Shown one piece after another: positions 34,601 to 39,092 of a stretch of DNA of 64,000 bases. Every line of letters starts with the position of its first letter. The stretch's first letter is position 1. The notes below the pieces were generated by a model, which saw nothing but the letters and a program-made list of their open reading frames with translations, searched no databases and was not told the DNA's origin. Made by a program: the position numbers and the translations under genes. The DNA lies in contig CACXCA010000005.1 in the NCBI GenBank assembly GCA_902766045.1, forward strand, positions 1,704 to 65,703, in the 5' to 3' direction. This stretch comes from an uncultured Bacteroidales bacterium (GTDB taxonomy: Bacteria; Bacteroidota; Bacteroidia; Bacteroidales; Paludibacteraceae).

Positions 34601-37600
34601 TCTTCAGAGGAACAATTGTATGCATCGGTACCTTTTACCAAGTATGTCTTGTCACTTCCTACAGTCACTTCGTAGGTGCTGTTTTTGGTTCCGTCGTCCC
34701 ATACATATTCAACAATCTTTCGTTCGTTATCATTGGCATTGTCATCTATTGTATAGAGAGTGTCTCTTTCGTTTACACAGACTAATCCTTGTTTTGCGTA
34801 TGCCTTAAATGATGGAGCTTCGTGGATGGTGATAGTCATGCTGTCAAGTTTAGAACAACCGGTAAAGTTGTCCTCTGCATATCCACGTACGTAGTATGTG
34901 ATGGAACTTAAATTAGAAGCAGGAGTGTGTCGCATATCTCCAGTTTGGCTAATTGTAGTGGAGAAGTCTCTTGATGTACTCCATTTATAACTATTAGCAC
35001 CGGAAACGGAGAGGTGAACTTCGCTGTTTTTACAAATATGGCCTGCACGGTATCCATGATCCATGATGGTGATCTTAGGTGCATTTTGTACAGTTATATT
35101 GAATTCTTTTTGAGAAGAACAGAGCACGTCACCATGTTTTTTGAATCCCTCCACATAGTATGCCTTGGTAGTGACATTAGGTGTATCTACCATCGTCAGT
35201 TTTAATTCATTTAGATAGTGAGGGTTTACACCACCTGTCCATACAGAACATGAATCAACTTCTCCATTGGCGGAGATTGTTAAGGTGATAGGTTCACCTT
35301 CACATACAGTTGTGCTGGATGAATTGTCTAACTGGATGTTAGGTACATTATGTACCTGAATAGTATCTTTCTTTTTACTGCTACAACCGTTGTTGTTAGT
35401 ACCCAATAATTCAAGGTGGTATTCTGATTGATTTTCAGTAAATAGAAGAGTTAGATTCTTGTTTTGGAAGTTTGTGTTATTGTCGAGTGTCCATACGTAA
35501 CTTGTTTCATCTTCTGCGCCTCCGGCTGTGAAGGTGTAGTCGCTACCCGCACATACGTCATGAGGACCGTTGATGGTTAGGTCTGGGCTTTCCTTTTTGT
35601 ATATATATACAGAGTCCATGTCAAAACACTCATCAACAGTTGTACAAGTTGAATAGAATAGAGTGGAGTCTGTAATCTCAGGTGTTGTGTAATTGTCGGA
35701 AGGTAAATGATAATTTGAGTTGGTCTCTCTTAAAAGTTCCTTGTTTTCGTTGTGCCATTTAAAGTCGCAATCCATGTTGCTAGTGGCACTTAGCTTGATG
35801 CTGTCACCTTCACAGACTTCAACGTAGCGAATTGTGTTGCCGTGGCTGTCTGTAGTAAACTTCATACCCTCAGCTGCCAAAGTGATGGTAGGACGTTCTT
35901 TGACGGTGATGTTGTGGTCACCCTCATAGATACAAGTACGGTCGGTTATTGTGTGACCGTCTAAGTCTTTGTTTTCAATACTCTTAATTTGTAGTGTATA
36001 TGTTGCAGTTCCGTTCGTTGGACTAGCCATATAAGAAACCGCATTTTCACCTGTGAATATATTATTTAAGGTATTTCCTTTCTCATCTTTCCAATAGTAT
36101 TCAAAGGCGTTGCCATAGTTGTTGGTATATGCACCACCATTGGTTGAACCAAGATAGGCTGGTGTGACAAGTCTTAATTCCTTAGAACTGCCAAAGCAGA
36201 CAGTGTTATCACCTTGTATCTCAACATTAGGACGACCTGTGACATGGATAGTTTTACGGACTTCCTTTCGGCAATCATTTTTGGTGATTAAAGTCATAAC
36301 GATGTCGTAGGTGCATGTCACCCCAATTTGACATGGTAAAATGATGGAAGTGCTATCACCTTGTATCTGCACCTTGTTAGCTTCATTTTGCACATTGTTT
36401 TTCCAGTAGGTCCAGATGACATTTATGATAGAATCTGGTTCTTCGAGCTCCCCATTGTGCATGATAGGTGTGATAGTGGATTTATTGGTAAGTAATACTT
36501 CGTTGTAACACGCCACCTCTGCATCAAAATCAAGCGTAAATGGATCTTTTGTTAAGGTGAATTTGTCTTCAGTTTGTGTACAAGTTGAGCCACTATTGAT
36601 TAAGTTTGGATCGTTATCGTTATTATGCATGGTAACGGTGTATTCCTTGTTTGCCTCGATTTCTGTTTTAAAAATTGTTGCTTCGTTCGATGTGGCAGTG
36701 CCAGAAATTTGAGGAGTCCATTGATAATAAGAGAATCCTTCAGGCGCAGTTAATTCAATCGGTGCTCCGTTATCACAGTTTTTGATGATAACTTCAAAAG
36801 GTTTTGTTTCGGCAGTGAAATAACCGTATGTGCGGTGATAACCAGCTCCATATCGCTGATGGAATACTTTTTTGTCTTCATGTTTTATGTTTCTACAATA
36901 TGGACATGTGTAGGTTCCTTTTACTCCATATTGATCTGATGTTATATTTGTTGGAGTGATATCCGCAAAATAGTGCTGGCAGTTGTCACATACCCAAAGT
37001 TTCTCTATACAATCGTGATTAACTATTTCAATTGTAATTTCATCACCTATGAAATCTCTTAAATCGTATGATATAGTAGTCCAGTCTTTGAAATATGTTT
37101 TTTCCAAATATTCTGCTGGCAAGTATGCTTGCTGACAATATGAGTTACTTTGCACTGCGATTGTTCCTTCATCCAAGCATGTTCTAATGATATCTCCTGA
37201 TGAATTACATACATAGCATGTGTGAGCTAGAGAAGGATTGGTGTTTTCTAAATCCTCATAAATTAATGTATTTTTCTTGTTTGTACCATATGTACATTCC
37301 ACGCAAATATCTCTGTTTTCGATACGTGTCCGAGGCTCTTCATGTGATTTGGTTGTGACGGTCTCTGTTCCTATATAGTGGTAATAATAGCTTTGATTTG
37401 GCTGTTTTTCAAATTCACTGTTTCCGAAGTCGTCTGTTCGCAATGGTTGGTTATAATACACTCGAGTATTCCCATTGTTGTAGTAATATTTTCTTTGAGA
37501 AGTACTGTAATAGTATTGCCTATAGTTTGTTCTTCCATTCGATGTGTATGTTTCGTATGTGGACCATTTTTCTTTGGTTTCATCTATGATGGTCACATAA

Positions 37601-38502
37601 TAAGTTATTTCTACATCCTTGTTGATGCTTCTGATACATTGGAAGTCGTGCTTATTTGCAGAAGCTTTACACTCTGGACATTCCGTTAAGTCGTCTGTCT
37701 CTGCACAACCAGCAGTGTGAGTGTCGAAACCAGCACTTTCAGGAAGCGTTTCTTCGCAGACTTTACAATATGTGGAATAGCCGGAGATGGTGTGTGAGTT
37801 GGCTTTTGTAAGTCCATTGGAACTGTTTATTACACTTGAGTTGCATAGAGTCTCAGTATCTCCATTCTGTTTTTTGTGATGAATATATATAGCAAAAGGA
37901 GGCTTCTCGTTTTTATGATTATTGTTGAAGTCGGGGTCGTGTGATAATACAGCATATTTGTAAGTGAGTAACGTGGATTTATTATCTACGGTAAAAGTAT
38001 ATGTCATTCTCTCTGCCATAGCACGTTTGCACCATTGATATGGAGCGTCTTCTGTAGTCGGATTAAGAGGCGTGTCTAATGCTCTGTTTTCGGCATCTTC
38101 GCTTGAACCGATACGAACTGCATATGTGCTTCCATCTGGTACTTGTTTCAAATTGTCGCAGGCAATATTTTTATCGATACTTGCTGAACTCATAATTTGG
38201 AAGCCTCCATATATTGTACCTGTGATTTGAGCATCACGAACAGTCCACACGTCTGTTCCTGGCACAACAGATTGAGCCTCAGTTTTTGTGGTGGCTTCGA
38301 AAATGTCTGATATGACTAATGGCTGAAAATTATCCATAAAGCAAGATGGTCCATAATATCCATAATATCGTGTCCATCCTTCATAGGTTCCTTTTTCAAA
38401 GCCTAAGTTCGGAGTGCTGGAGTTCACATCGCTCGATTGTCCAAATGTGTTGGGATACCCTAAAAACATCAAACCGACCAATATTATCCACTTATATTTC
38501 AT
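13675..38502 (-). CDS. Giant (about 8,280 aa) T9SS type-B-CTD cell-surface repeat protein, SprB-class
   Basis: An uninterrupted ORF runs 13675-38526. The likely start is the ATG at 38502 (MKYKWIILVGLMFLGYPNTFG|Q signal peptide); 38526 is the alternative. The body is tandem ~80-90-aa modules, each with a conserved Cys pair ('..C.G....L.A.GA..Y.W...' then '...GC....'). The C-terminal ~90 aa, FWAPNAFSPNDDGLNDVFRFLG...IIYNREGTIMFE...WDGTYNGEPAPFGVYGYVV...GSVTLIR, fits the gliding-motility-associated (CHU_C / type-B) sorting domain. Confidence 0.92.
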   Translation of the reverse strand: MKYKWIILVGLMFLGYPNTFGQSSDVNSSTPNLGFEKGTYEGWTRYYGYYGPSCFMDNFQPLVISDIFEATTKTEAQSVVPGTDVWTVRDAQITGTIYGGFQIMSSASIDKNIACDNLKQVPDGSTYAVRIGSSEDAENRALDTPLNPTTEDAPYQWCKRAMAERMTYTFTVDNKSTLLTYKYAVLSHDPDFNNNHKNEKPPFAIYIHHKKQNGDTETLCNSSVINSSNGLTKANSHTISGYSTYCKVCEETLPESAGFDTHTAGCAETDDLTECPECKASANKHDFQCIRSINKDVEITYYVTIIDETKEKWSTYETYTSNGRTNYRQYYYSTSQRKYYYNNGNTRVYYNQPLRTDDFGNSEFEKQPNQSYYYHYIGTETVTTKSHEEPRTRIENRDICVECTYGTNKKNTLIYEDLENTNPSLAHTCYVCNSSGDIIRTCLDEGTIAVQSNSYCQQAYLPAEYLEKTYFKDWTTISYDLRDFIGDEITIEIVNHDCIEKLWVCDNCQHYFADITPTNITSDQYGVKGTYTCPYCRNIKHEDKKVFHQRYGAGYHRTYGYFTAETKPFEVIIKNCDNGAPIELTAPEGFSYYQWTPQISGTATSNEATIFKTEIEANKEYTVTMHNNDNDPNLINSGSTCTQTEDKFTLTKDPFTLDFDAEVACYNEVLLTNKSTITPIMHNGELEEPDSIINVIWTYWKNNVQNEANKVQIQGDSTSIILPCQIGVTCTYDIVMTLITKNDCRKEVRKTIHVTGRPNVEIQGDNTVCFGSSKELRLVTPAYLGSTNGGAYTNNYGNAFEYYWKDEKGNTLNNIFTGENAVSYMASPTNGTATYTLQIKSIENKDLDGHTITDRTCIYEGDHNITVKERPTITLAAEGMKFTTDSHGNTIRYVEVCEGDSIKLSATSNMDCDFKWHNENKELLRETNSNYHLPSDNYTTPEITDSTLFYSTCTTVDECFDMDSVYIYKKESPDLTINGPHDVCAGSDYTFTAGGAEDETSYVWTLDNNTNFQNKNLTLLFTENQSEYHLELLGTNNNGCSSKKKDTIQVHNVPNIQLDNSSSTTVCEGEPITLTISANGEVDSCSVWTGGVNPHYLNELKLTMVDTPNVTTKAYYVEGFKKHGDVLCSSQKEFNITVQNAPKITIMDHGYRAGHICKNSEVHLSVSGANSYKWSTSRDFSTTISQTGDMRHTPASNLSSITYYVRGYAEDNFTGCSKLDSMTITIHEAPSFKAYAKQGLVCVNERDTLYTIDDNANDNERKIVEYVWDDGTKNSTYEVTVGSDKTYLVKGTDAYNCSSEESVSVKTKPYPEIGITLDDEMCENTATTLTGTNADSYIWIFDNDTVGREQSLTHKPSGTGIVYYTLLGTKNYTEDGKTISCTSSLRKSIVVRPAPGLAITGHEAGLCIGFDTILVANGAGTGKDYSWFEIVERTGSTTIDTIPMSGTGDHNSEIQIHSTQSGTYTYLVKAKDDHNCEGHTTAKMPVYDNPVVHATPAKDAYCVNSIAELSAEVDGQTYATYNWTLYKEDLTSHIGDATGDHISLPLSQTTYFVVIAQDVHGCKSEPDTTSIRAKEYPIIKNLDTNKDYVCNGLDVELGVENFEGYTYLWTPSYNNHQTSGLNTNTFYDRNVDFNGENIFNYIVTLSIEKEGCKVDTTYSLSVLTPPNIYIVGSTTYCEGSPVSLTAKGGTAGNYKWSTTNNFANPLYTTDVVTFDADPNSTTFYVKGQNDKGCVGISDPYSITVNHHPNVKIKIPTKDTSICKGSTLSIEVEGATSYTWTYTTENNVTKDYACTACNAINPQINETATYTVKGYDNIGCTNTAKVKVTAKETPVLSLAATKTVVCKDSSTVIEATNTNSQAAVSRWNWTDGETTNRITTAPIANKRTFVVTASTEQNCTAQKDITIDVFSPEAIGIDNGKGEICEDGTLEVKAIGGISDYKWTRDDNATWQGEGSTITIDNVTHNIQLTLNAKGENGCPATPDTKLIQYVAKPTIKIEPDDTKEYCIGDNEKLIASGTGNANMSSNGWTWYIDNVEQDNKTDNFQITGISAPHIYTVKGKNTNGCESAPVDFNLKVAQEPNLTLSASKNPICRGEKVTITASTTETNASIVWIGRSDLHTFSFDTTLNVAKTYHITATLTNATTGCTKHDTIDIEVKDIPSVTITNEDGRSSICEGDSIELKAVSPNTVSYKWNGSATDVTNSYFLKPETNASEATATVTVTDATTACTASASYKVNVNKKPTLYINGLVNGEGEVCKGDSYQMTATGADNNDYQWTRGGEIIGGGAIYRPTVEDTTSYTVKGSNVNGCYGETNFTVNTKPIPSFTATNANICSEQTATIKLTGDATSYTLTWAGNGHAEIAANQSNTETNYQTETLNESRTYSITGTLNGCTSEAKSATVTVNARPDIKISSDPISRAICLGDYATLTASGAGINGSYTWEVNNGLTQDLNDPSKARVAPTTTGEIKYKVTGLDGSCEGEDSIMITVDTLPVIHINANNTNICVNDPVTLTASGARTYIWKDGTSERTGTSITPTIEGPISFTVDGTDDNGCKGTSTPYSITPNSKPRPQWDEISICKGDNATIKINNVTKIIWAIDGVTTESIGGASPSRTFNNITDETTYRITVENSTGCTMDTFVTVHVTDKPVISFTGASKICSGEPFQLTAAAANCDFVWSSSSSSTYTAEGAVLTEGENKLTYTGSNAYKTVTYHVVATTKGTLQCKSENDYNLSVYKNPTVTINKPNGSLVCEGSSISLEANKDFTTYAWSVRENEDFVLGSNKTIDLTPTQERTAYVLKVIDENGCIGHDTTEVERKSKPTIQFNYTEVCEKDKGTISISNLSNDVNYYWTYNGANATLNNSGSIEMTLNHAEMVTVTARLKALSTCETTESYNATVKLKPVFSVTTDKPDNTVCSDEPIRIYGSNDAYTYSWVYGNNQTSTDKELTHTISTTEEASREYTATATDGGCSSTESVTVYIHPKATFDVRQVNAACTDKPVTLVCENGTATNFLWLDADSTSTGIQGSSNQFTLAENVNTVTGYVRGWNANNCPTTKKFTITKGTAPTITVNGNDPICSGTKPTDITLSGAESYIWKDGDKQIGTGSSIPDIEALTSDKTLTVIAGDNTANDKCTIEIPIVISVKPTPSISLDVEKKNVCPNTDNKITAYVTAGSSITWEKKNGENWGSISNSTNPITVNSSATGYVTYRGTASLTTDNKTCTNNAEISYEVQAEPTVTILDNTPNNSGNICKGDPVQVYTEGAYNSYQWYSVASTGETTQLSSTINSWTETPEETTTYKLVVTNDYNCTGEATKKITVNSKPIVGVTAEQICPATKAILHVGANSTADSFDWPTNGSYNGSTKTWTSNDNLNGRRGYSITAKLGSCTKDSTVYVELKNAPTANILVNGQETNGAAVDLCSNTQFTLKVTPGSASTQFNDATWTWGETGVSKTGVEITEQNGLDQSRNYSVNITDETTNCSTTLTQQVNIIRPKTIEIFGNEEVCYGKDATYTAEGAESYTWTIKNKVTGDIYNNVVYNNVAQTSITIKNITSDLTIVATGTDEYHCNSKSEPKDISVIAEPNITITPAENDRHVCSGLSIPLTATPTSNTASVQWQNAPAGATYNTPATVTNNTKVVTYTVTVTDQGCITEVPVDVTIHALPVISITGDKAFCEGGSSTLTATENFGTALNYQWVGHTAGENPITVSEAGTYEVTGTDPTTNCVSETKSITIEEYDKPSGISITTNDAPCKDSIITLTITGDNASLYSYEWYRKDNGSNITLGNAKDLSVTVSSSSASETYYVTAKQSYGLSDGSTLVCQADEIQYEVIGRDVPTWNFSDITACEGESKPLSVINYANGTDFDWFKEGWTSHKTGTFITEKIEGTVTFTVTGTLNGCSATKPLTVNSTPLPVINSIDVPSFICQDDKITINADIADETGVEYAWKIGRKDYTQTEYTTKTITDYEPTNTGDYSYSLIITQNGCSSKEKTGSFTVNPKPTITFNGELQYCPGATSSIGINGNMTSIVWYSYDKGTESKGSIVMSGSGEDKLAEVINEPTWYYVEVNDGNCSNHDTIELTNYPTPHFDISGTETICAGGETTLQISGTNAGDKVYIKEENGEKEIKGSYTFKPITTTEYSLRVVSDNGCENDTTVTIQVIEKPDITINNQIDGSANICDGDKIDLTAASTAADNITWSNDLGNESTITVNPEAQTTYTATASIQLAADQECSNQTTFTVNVNKLPSAEIEGDKHVCDGEEAIFSVKDANTSAYSYVWLDNGSTATSRTETISKDTTYKLVVTNIETQCSDTVEHAITKENIPTITLSENNISVCKGDVMKDVTASSAEGERFEWHDENDMSIADDAILGGITINDARTFTAYTYTHYNCKASAELSVNYWNNPVVNIEGDKLTCDKGTARLKAVASEGKSPYKYTWIGENYSTNTNEETVTTSALSETTGTYTFQVKVEDDHGCQSKLSDPFTVSVSKTPEITIEGVSPVCVGSAANLTAKGAGELGTYEWSTGEIGDNIQPIINGETEFTVKGTTKDGCSATSAPFTVNKKDKPVIVVSDATICLNGSKQVTLATEANNSPTFRWLSDTEEGEYTSQNTGATRTLSPKTTTRYTVEATENGCKNEATFTITVNPLPEVTINGYAANGESSLCIDDDITLNANEGFESYEWWKGQTTDGTSTSVTTSQYSINKAKSTDDGYYTVKVTDNNNCSNNASYYVNVNPLPKIQLNGDAAACEGNNITLTTKKVSGSSTPTSYNWGDVNPDRTATSSVVQITKDTTFRVTVSDQNGCTYTAEKSVQVITNPEFELDYSADICYKDTAEIEIKNAAGTYTYTWPDKTSSTSTRWKESSVKAANVVPYEYEVSAKKKVTINNKSFTCSHSETARISVHELPVFTLSGPAFICVGENTAEISIEGPSNSTYEWQSGSKWKTDSTHTVVQDNSFEVTPNSGNVTSYYIVKGTTTYTNPNYTCSNVSQPIGIYRATTPTFELDNENVGVCYGENVTLQMNAGDLNASSLSWSNGQSNTKSILVENVTEDATYNVVATASSSCEATKHFYIMVKDKPVISITEAPEYVCMNNEAKIRLSINGSTISNTDSIEYNRELLDLTQEWPISKKLTDDETFSFAGYSSYLISNTKGTETFTSTLVCRSDAEVTIPVKPIPTVTISGASSLCSGESITLTAAATGTTGPYNYVWTDTTSGNQSSQNDELFTVTPLTYTTYKVIAKDHFGCSDSAFHDVNVDTIPTFTVTDNMGGAVCDGGTAILTASNKQLQYNWGSGDFSNKNTYETPEITQTGQKSFEIKAKDGNGCESEPVLHNLVWKPNPDLSIQSNSPVCYNTPATLVVSDAITSGTTTYIWNGDETLKENTYVTDNITDVKTFSVKGTNNGCTQTKEVTVSFNPLPTIKIEEGNTAVCRTSTLILTASGGESYRWNKNDGDYEDDNSYSSENMNQETKVFVWGKDANGCENKDEVNVYIHEKPKFSISGDTVVCHGGSTALYANVNNNDNVSYKWFINGVERHGDYVEINDIDNDVEVSVTAINQHSCDSTYTFYVRAKEYPTIVVDKNNVEVCKGDNATLSIQPIANAIIEWRNAAGRNITEALHPEQITQKIATTFENFTANATYVYKQYGSDEVRCTTSQTLSATTRDLPFVSIAGDAAICFGSPFTLEATQGLANYQWINNKTKNTIGNERSISQSPTETTEYKVVVTDEYGCKNADSTTVVVNSLPEFTLTSSSKVCEGKEATVKTNNKKLTYNWEDKGYQSLFSYNYQIDEPTNITVYAMDPTTTCVDKRTINIGTKPYPNMMLEIPPYVCEGLSGTMKGKNESASYKWYVGNSAGTVLSSKREVSTGNLYKDQTYYVTATMNGCKSEETVTVKVSASPNIKIQDSPSKSICKGSSVRIIAEGGVSYSWDSEDNYEETDWIELINLRTQKEVQVWGKDINGCINKDKITVNINELPKFTVSHKEGYCEGTIATLEASNDALSYEWKDKYGNIVSRSQIYMPKITSDTSFTVRAWNSFGCDSTSKEIFIKKYDYPVVTIDNPMAVCKNSDITITASATYPDGSAMTCDYLWNHDVNETNASISRTIKQSTNFTVDVTDKVSQCTTTQDFNVGVWTLPTILAKDTTVCKKDKAILSASSASTITKYRWHKNNSTTTLSSKATYTTGAISTPTKYIIEGTDEKGCVGSKEVTVSVYADPAFNLVTNSPICAGDEAQITASNNGLSYDWGEGFKSDVRLTEVIDDTKQYIVIGMSTEGCKTTKKATVKVNPLPNVALDIDGGDYVCFGEDKTLTVSGTNYYKWFNNSSSSQITLNDLEETTNIWVEGTDTKGCTRRIDTTINIWSLPDIQIEASKPDICLGKSVKLTAINGVSGKYEWIIPSGKTTDKVTVKPTTSGTKTYSVRGEDVNGCKNTATQSIIVYDHPTLTIPPVADVCRGTEATLVANGSASYYEWTIKGNSTVIGSSSTITTKVTPNSMDEKSVTFHVVATDMNTCVSEGDITVGVKEYPTPTYETNTKYDFVCKGQNITINLSGADEWEWTDNQSTDATRTEKLNSQKTFTVIGTTDGCSTSLPINIGIWPLPDFSLDGTSSICLNKELSIKATANGTDKYTYEWIGKNYTGDVYQEIPSAVTTYTFTARAKDEHDCMSDRSFKVKVNPLPNVTIKGDRTSIICNGTEISKSVTGSALDYTWYTAKEKTDTWKTEATGEDLTTIVEGQKYIVAKGVDINQCENTDTVLVTTKPFPVLDIKAPEHVCQNDTAVVSVVGASSFVWENVDIKNIFDIYSTNNTVIGSTIREKMTDDRSFVVTGTTNGCSTTEVINVGVWTLPSILISTNDPDNEICMNDSIILNATEGVAGKYKWALTDDKNAEVFATTDDITAKPTETTTYYVTGQDENGCKNTAEFEVVVNPLPDVKILSVDAVCENSEVTLTAVSNSKIIKSYSWNSGESVPQITSIIREKSTFTVEVEDLNGCENKADFTITTKEVPNLKITAPNYVCDGDEATISITGANSYTDEYGAVIPNGKFVDKPVKDTTYVIIGKIGTCTSQEEVAVQVMPLPNIWISTNKEEICKGVEQSVLTANGGVSYVWSDGVTTTDRTEKPSESTTYKVYGTDANKCSNWSNEFTLKVNNLPEFEIYGDNDVCVGNAATLYVKGDATTYTWTNTGELKDTINPIINQTTTYTVIGENLSGCKTTKTKTVYKKDYPVVTTNAPESICEGDNLTVTASGASTYTWQDGSTGETYSEENMLNSKTFYVIGSKNGCETKEQFTVSILPKPYVWITGDRDICLGKNINLSASGAKSYEWSNGATGSTLSEATTTAQKVYYRVTGTDEHKCHFTTEPFEVIVHALPTITITGDDSICNGSVAHLKADGASEYAWSTGERDANVYPVITKDQNFTVTGTDAYGCVNTKTHTIRNIDYPELVYNAPKQVCAGDSINIAIQGADRYTWKDKTYEGSTFTLKDKPTNLTTYNVVGNHSGCESSISFQVDVVQLPNIWISGPSSVCLNSAIQLTASGAMNYEWSTGSKASIITDRPTETKTYTVTGKDINGCKNTQSYTIHIDSLPSFKIQGPTYACQGDAVNLYIEDGDAVRYTWSNGAISDAITPIINNATSFTVEAISAKGCVSTKIHNIKCYPYPILTYTGPSEVCAGDLAKFNVVGAATYKWSHDNENTTGTMTDNPTNNKTYIVEGTANHCSTKLSIPISVLPKPNVTFQGVTNICEGHKLDLTAYGAASYKWSTGNNTDHLEVYPKANSKFTLTGTDLNGCQTTINVPVTINPSPNFEILGEDSVCRGFYVQLTAKGDGENYYWGFGTNTMDDAISRDGETIATEVNTSTYIFTKAIDKNGCESTKYKLLTLKESPSINYTGIDVVCVGNPAKLYAHGAEHYTWNFNNKNVTGDSLIFMPEGNTRITLSGTKGACTTEMEIHVTAHVKPNIRVTGDSIVCQGDAAVLLAEGAATYKWNNEKEGRILIQNIEEDNVFTVIGTSESGCESRKDVKVRVNKRPHVWMKQNAIEGCPGTDTRVDISAHGDAISYEWSSVPKNGEISGNMSDHIYAVIDQETAVTVVGTDANGCTSSDTMTVDTLTFLPIEFSVTPSIIVEENPVITMKGIYPRHAKWYWNTGDDYNTEVQGVEATYRYPNPSVRDSFVVTALAIDEKGCEYVGDSTIWVWKNFWAPNAFSPNDDGLNDVFRFLGTEFMTSFHFIIYNREGTIMFEGFTKEDEWDGTYNGEPAPFGVYGYVVTWESDFKEVHKNGERKGSVTLIR

Positions 38503-38790
38503 GTTTGTGAGTATACTTATATTCATATTTAACTGTCTTTTAGTTCTTTACTTTGTTTCGTTACCTACTAAGGTTCAATCTGTAAATTTATCATTAAGTT
38601 TTTTCTTTACCAAATTTAAATCTTGTTAAAAAGGGTTTTCTTAGTTTTTTTTTATTAAATGTCGGTTTGTGAAAATTGTACAATGATGGCTCGTGTTTTT
38701 TAATGATATGCTAAAATATTGAAAGATAGTATTTTATATTTTCTACGTAAAAAGATCTTTATTCTTAATCAAAAAAAATAGAACTTTATA

Positions 38791-38822
38791 TTTGCGATTT
38801 CAAAAAAATAGTTATAATTTTG
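38791..38822 (+). promoter_or_regulatory. Bacteroidota-type promoter for tRNA-Glu: -33 TTTG (38791-38794) and -7 TAATTTTG (38815-38822)
   Basis: The spacer is 20 bp, and the -7 element ends 22 nt before the tRNA 5' end. A second -7-like TATATTTG (38787-38794) overlaps the -33 site, and both -7 elements are preceded by CAAAAAAA(A)TAG. Confidence 0.5.
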
Positions 38823-38844
38823 CATCGTCAAATAGACAAAGTAT

Positions 38845-38917
38845 GGCGGATTAGTGTAGTGGCCTAGCACGTAGCTCTCTCACGGCTTAGACCCGGGTTC
38901 GATTCCCGGATCCGCTA
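38845..38917 (+). tRNA. tRNA-Glu (anticodon CUC)
   Basis: The cloverleaf was read by hand. Acceptor GGCGGAT/ATCCGCT (G1-U72 wobble), D-arm GTGT..GCAC, anticodon loop CT-CTC-AC, 4-nt variable loop (typical of Glu), T-arm CCGGG-TTCGATT-CCCGG. CCA is not encoded. Confidence 0.8.
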
Positions 38918-38922
38918 CGAAG

Positions 38923-38954
38923 AAAGACTTCTAATTTTTAGAAGTCTTTTTTTT
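38923..38954 (+). terminator. Rho-independent terminator after tRNA-Glu
   Basis: AAAGACTTCTAA-TTT-TTAGAAGTCTTT (12-bp stem) followed by a T run. Confidence 0.8.
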
Positions 38955-39092
38955 GTTTTATCTTTGCATATATTCGAACGACTCATTAATTTAATGATAG
39001 TAACTATACAATTTCAAGGTGTTTCTTAGTACTTGTTGTTACTAAGAAAAGCGAAGCTTTTATATTTTGATAATCTTATATTTCTAAATTAT

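Noticed and set aside
2-38526. Strong periodicity in two regions (267 nt in 2-3000; ~250 nt and ~700 nt in 13.9-36.7 kb) that might be mistaken for CRISPR or satellite arrays
   Set aside because: The periods are multiples of 3 inside long open reading frames. The units are diverged at the DNA level and there is no repeat/unique-spacer alternation. These are coding domain repeats, not CRISPR.
38611-38618. -7-like box (TAAATTTG on the minus strand) upstream of the giant gene
   Set aside because: No -33 TTTG lies at the proper spacing and it would imply a ~100-nt leader. A single 8-mer match in AT-rich DNA is not enough to annotate a promoter.
39024-39047. 8-bp stem hairpin TCTTAGTA-N8-TACTAAGA upstream of the glutaminyl cyclase gene
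   Set aside because: It is short and AT-rich, has no U-tract and no recognisable regulatory motif, so it is likely fortuitous.
39033-39092. N-terminal extensions of track ORFs (39033, 41322, 42265, 47398, 48155, 55492, 55831, 55942)
   Set aside because: Each extension precedes an internal ATG that yields a canonical N-terminus (lipobox, signal peptide or a family-typical start), and several start with non-ATG codons. The shorter models were adopted.
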